Of a stretch of 38,459 bases of DNA, positions 36,477 to 38,459 are shown piece after piece (the first letter of the stretch is position 1; each line of letters starts with the position of its first letter). The position numbers and the translations under genes are program-made. The notes under the pieces are model-generated. The model worked only from the letters and a program-made list of their open reading frames with translations, was not told where the DNA came from and did not search any database. The stretch is from positions 1 through 38,459 of the IMG/VR virus record IMGVR_UViG_3300037963_002236; one strand, 5' to 3'. The DNA comes from a virus (Duplodnaviria; Caudoviricetes).

Positions 36477-36531
36477 TGGAGAGAGAGGGATTCGAACCCT
36501 CGAAACGCCTAAACGTTTACACGCTTTCCAA
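36477..36531 (-). tRNA. 3' half of tRNA-Ser(GGA) = att core homology (not a complete tRNA)
   Basis: TTGGAAA anticodon loop, GCGTG stem, long variable arm AAACG/CGTTT, GAGGG-TTCGAAT-CCCTC T arm, TCTCTCC acceptor strand; 5' half absent. Confidence 0.9.
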
Positions 36532-36617
36532 ATATGCATTCTATCCTCGGTAAAACATGTCACCCTCTAATAATCATTACATTTTAATACATTATATAGC
36601 ATATAAATACCTATTAA

Positions 36618-36638
36618 GGTGAGCCAAAAGTGAGCCAA
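36618..36638 (+). repeat. Direct repeat copy 2 (candidate integrase arm sites)
   Basis: GGTGAGCCAAAAGTGAGCCAA. Confidence 0.85.
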
Positions 36639-36682
36639 AAAAAGCCCAAGGAGAGGACAGCGAATCACAAACTCCCTGGGCT
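36637..36682 (-). terminator. Late/lysis operon terminator with an unusually large 18-nt loop (candidate antisense RNA)
   Basis: AGCCCAGGGAG-UUUGUGAUUCGCUGUCCU-CUCCUUGGGCU-U6 beginning at the endolysin stop codon; the G-U pair forms only on the - strand. Confidence 0.8.
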
Positions 36683-37166
36683 ATCTTTCAAGTGTTGATA
36701 TCAACGATTTGAATTTAGCTACGCTACCTTTTCCTTTGCTAGTATTATATGTAGCTTTCCAGAAACTTCCAGCTTCATCAATTGTTTTAGGTAGCGGCGT
36801 AGGTGAGCGCCAGTATTTTAATCTAGCCATTATAATTGCTACAGCCATGTTATGTTCTAGGACCCATGACCATACGTTAGGGTCCTCACTTTCCCATAAT
36901 AGTGGATTAGTAACAGTGGCAACAGCGCATTTTTCTCTAACTACTTTTCTATACTTTAAATAGTTTTTAACACAAGACACAGCACTTTCAGGTTCAAACT
37001 GCCAAAAGCTTTTAGCTGGGCCATCGTTTAATTGTTGTGTGTACTCATATCTAGATTCAACGTATCCAGTCCAAAATAGTAGGTTTACAGCGTTTTTATT
37101 GTTGTACTTATGCCCTAACCTTTTAAGAGTGCCTTTTATTAAGCTTTTAACTTGTTTATGATTCAC
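36681..37166 (-). CDS. Endolysin (lysozyme-like fold)
   Basis: LL..T..VES....Q...GPA..WQFEP..ARLKYWR.P.PLP..WK..YNT..GKG; last gene of the membrane-protein cluster. Confidence 0.7.
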   Translation of the reverse strand: MNHKQVKSLIKGTLKRLGHKYNNKNAVNLLFWTGYVESRYEYTQQLNDGPAKSFWQFEPESAVSCVKNYLKYRKVVREKCAVATVTNPLLWESEDPNVWSWVLEHNMAVAIIMARLKYWRSPTPLPKTIDEAGSFWKATYNTSKGKGSVAKFKSLISTLER

Positions 37167-37405
37167 TTTTTATCGCCAAGTAGTCCAGCAACAATATCAG
37201 TAACAACATCTACAAAGTCACGAAAGAGTTCAGATTCTCGCTCATCACTAGTAAATGGTATGTTTATTTTAGCATCTAATTTTTCAGCTAAAGCAATCTC
37301 AAATTCTTCAGATTGTATATGTTCAATGAACTTTGCTTTTACATCTTCAGCTTGTTTTTCAGCAATATTCATTGCAGATGCTATGATTAGTTTTGTCATA
37401 TTCAT
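37163..37405 (-). CDS. Hypothetical lysis-region protein
   Basis: 80 aa, acidic, INIPF..E..E motif; coupled to the endolysin. Confidence 0.65.
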   Translation of the reverse strand: MNMTKLIIASAMNIAEKQAEDVKAKFIEHIQSEEFEIALAEKLDAKINIPFTSDERESELFRDFVDVVTDIVAGLLGDKK

Positions 37406-37627
37406 TTAGAGTATCCTCATGATTAGGTTTACGATTATTGGTAATGCTATCAGGCCTATAGCTCCATAAGTCTGTATAACAATTATGTCTTTCTCGTGTT
37501 TGTCTACCTTCCCATTAATTCTATCTAAATGTCTCTCAATTTTATTTATTGATTTAAACAATGTAAATTGTCTTTCACTAAGTTGTGTAAGGTGTGCAAT
37601 TATTTCTGTGTGTTTTTCTTCACTCAT
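37406..37627 (-). CDS. Holin-like membrane protein (coiled coil + C-terminal TM)
   Basis: 73 aa with a hydrophobic C-terminus. Confidence 0.55.
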   Translation of the reverse strand: MSEEKHTEIIAHLTQLSERQFTLFKSINKIERHLDRINGKVDKHEKDIIVIQTYGAIGLIALPIIVNLIMRIL

Positions 37628-37947
37628 TTCTTTTTTCTTTTCTTCCAGGAAAAAGGATTTAGGTTTAGTTCTCGCTCAAAGAAACTTATACGTTCTTCCA
37701 TTGCCTCACGCTCTCTTTGTTCTTGTAGCATATTTTTATCAACCAATTCTAGTATCCTAGTGTCAGCAAGTTCCATTCTGCGCTCAAGTTCTGCAATTCT
37801 ATTTTCAATTTGTAAGTACGAATAAACAAGTCCAGCGACAAGTGCAAGGACCTGAAAAGCCCACTTAAGATTAATAGATACGATAGCGTTGTCATTGAGA
37901 ATGGTTCCACGATACGACCTTGCCGTTTTAGGTTTGCCATCACTCAT
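37624..37947 (-). CDS. Single-TM coiled-coil membrane protein (possible spanin subunit)
   Basis: 107 aa; TM WAFQVLALVAGLVYSYL followed by heptads. Confidence 0.55.
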   Translation of the reverse strand: MSDGKPKTARSYRGTILNDNAIVSINLKWAFQVLALVAGLVYSYLQIENRIAELERRMELADTRILELVDKNMLQEQREREAMEERISFFERELNLNPFSWKKRKKK

Positions 37948-38060
37948 ACCTCATGCCCAGCTATGGACCAACCGCTATCACACGCTACAAATATTAACAA
38001 AACAAATACAATGGTCACCCATGCAACCACAGTAAGTACGTCTTTCATATCTTCGTTCAT
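37944..38060 (-). CDS. Tiny membrane protein/lipoprotein (38 aa, not in ORF track)
   Basis: MNEDMKDVLTVVAWVTIVFVLLIFVACDSGWSIAGHEV; TAATG and ATGA overlaps with both neighbours. Confidence 0.65.
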   Translation of the reverse strand: MNEDMKDVLTVVAWVTIVFVLLIFVACDSGWSIAGHEV

Positions 38061-38386
38061 TAATGTCTTCCATTTATACGACTCAAACTTCCCATCACTT
38101 CTGATAAATCATTATTTATTGTTGACAATTCTCTTCTTAAATCGTCTACTTTGCGGTCAAGTTTATCGTCTGATTTATCCATTCTTGACAATAACTTGAG
38201 TAATATAGATTCTACATTATTTGCTGTTTCTTCAGCTTTTGCCTGGGATACTGCTAATCTATCTAGGGTTTCATTCTGTGTGTTCTGACTTTTTATAATA
38301 TTTGCAATCATAAAACCGAATAATACGGCCATTACTCCAGTTACACCTAATGTACCCCAGGCTTCTATTAATGTTGATGAGTCCAA
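38060..38386 (-). CDS. Holin-like protein (N-terminal TM + coiled coil)
   Basis: 108 aa, TTG start after GAGG; TM LGVTGVMAVLFGFMIANII. Confidence 0.6.
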   Translation of the reverse strand: MDSSTLIEAWGTLGVTGVMAVLFGFMIANIIKSQNTQNETLDRLAVSQAKAEETANNVESILLKLLSRMDKSDDKLDRKVDDLRRELSTINNDLSEVMGSLSRINGRH

Positions 38387-38455
38387 TTATGCCTCTACTG
38401 CTTTTTTAACTTCAGCCATTTCAGCAACAAGTTCAGCTTTTCTATCAGCTAGTCT
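38387..38455 (-). CDS. Possible C-terminal fragment of an upstream gene
   Basis: ...RLADRKAELVAEMAEVKKAVEA-stop abuts the next start; the reading at the very edge of the window is uncertain. Confidence 0.35.
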   Translation of the reverse strand, partial: RLADRKAELVAEMAEVKKAVEA

Positions 38456-38459
38456 TTTA

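Larger units (their letters stand above)
36392..36638. other. attP site (arm - core - arm)
   Basis: tRNA 3' half flanked by identical 21-bp direct repeats, with an AT-rich spacer. Confidence 0.85.
1..38459. mobile_element. Temperate tailed bacteriophage (podovirus-like), near-complete genome, non-integrated form
   Basis: terS/terL/portal/scaffold/capsid/tail/lysis genes, integrase, repressor, and an attP with phage genes on both sides; no host housekeeping genes seen. Confidence 0.95.

Noticed and set aside
36371-36553. 60-aa + strand ORF over attP
   Set aside because: It runs through the arm repeat, terminator and tRNA fragment; the EREGFEPS translation is a tRNA antisense artefact
36477-36570. 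Complete phage-encoded tRNA-Ser gene
   Set aside because: The D-arm, 5' acceptor strand and 5' anticodon-stem strand are absent; it is the att homology segment
36392-36638. CRISPR mini-array from the 21-bp direct repeats
   Set aside because: Only two copies, 205 bp apart, flanking a tRNA fragment, and no cas operon; fits integrase arm sites
36643-36682. CsrB-like GGA-loop protein sponge on the + strand
   Set aside because: The stem has an A-C mismatch on + but a G-U pair and a U-tract on -, and it is a single hairpin; the - strand reading fits better
37944-38060. Arbitrium-like signalling peptide for the PAS-like repressor
   Set aside because: It sits in the late lysis cluster, no TPR/RRNPP receptor is present, and a lipobox-like Cys implies membrane anchoring

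Overview
The window holds most of the genome of a low-GC temperate tailed phage with podovirus/P22-like head, portal and ejection modules. It is in the excised (attP-intact) form and is cut inside a >1570-aa tail-fibre gene on the left. The late operon is on the - strand: terS, terL, portal, five tiny Lys-rich proteins, scaffold, major capsid, adaptors, nozzle, ejection proteins (including a 2378-aa polyvalent protein) and tail fibres; the lysis genes sit at the right end. A + strand early operon (26.6-30.8 kb) contains a tyrosine integrase. A - strand replication/recombination operon (30.8-35.5 kb) is divergent from an HTH repressor with a PAS-like C-terminus. attP is the 3' half of tRNA-Ser(GGA), flanked by 21-bp direct repeats. 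The most notable signal is an apparent RNA control layer: (i) a canonical type I hammerhead ribozyme inside the early operon; (ii) a shared AGG(A)ACAGC motif at the starts of consecutive early genes; (iii) two large-loop hairpins on the - strand middle and late transcripts whose loops are antisense to those leaders and, for one loop, to the repressor mRNA. Product calls come from motif recognition by eye; no database searches were run.
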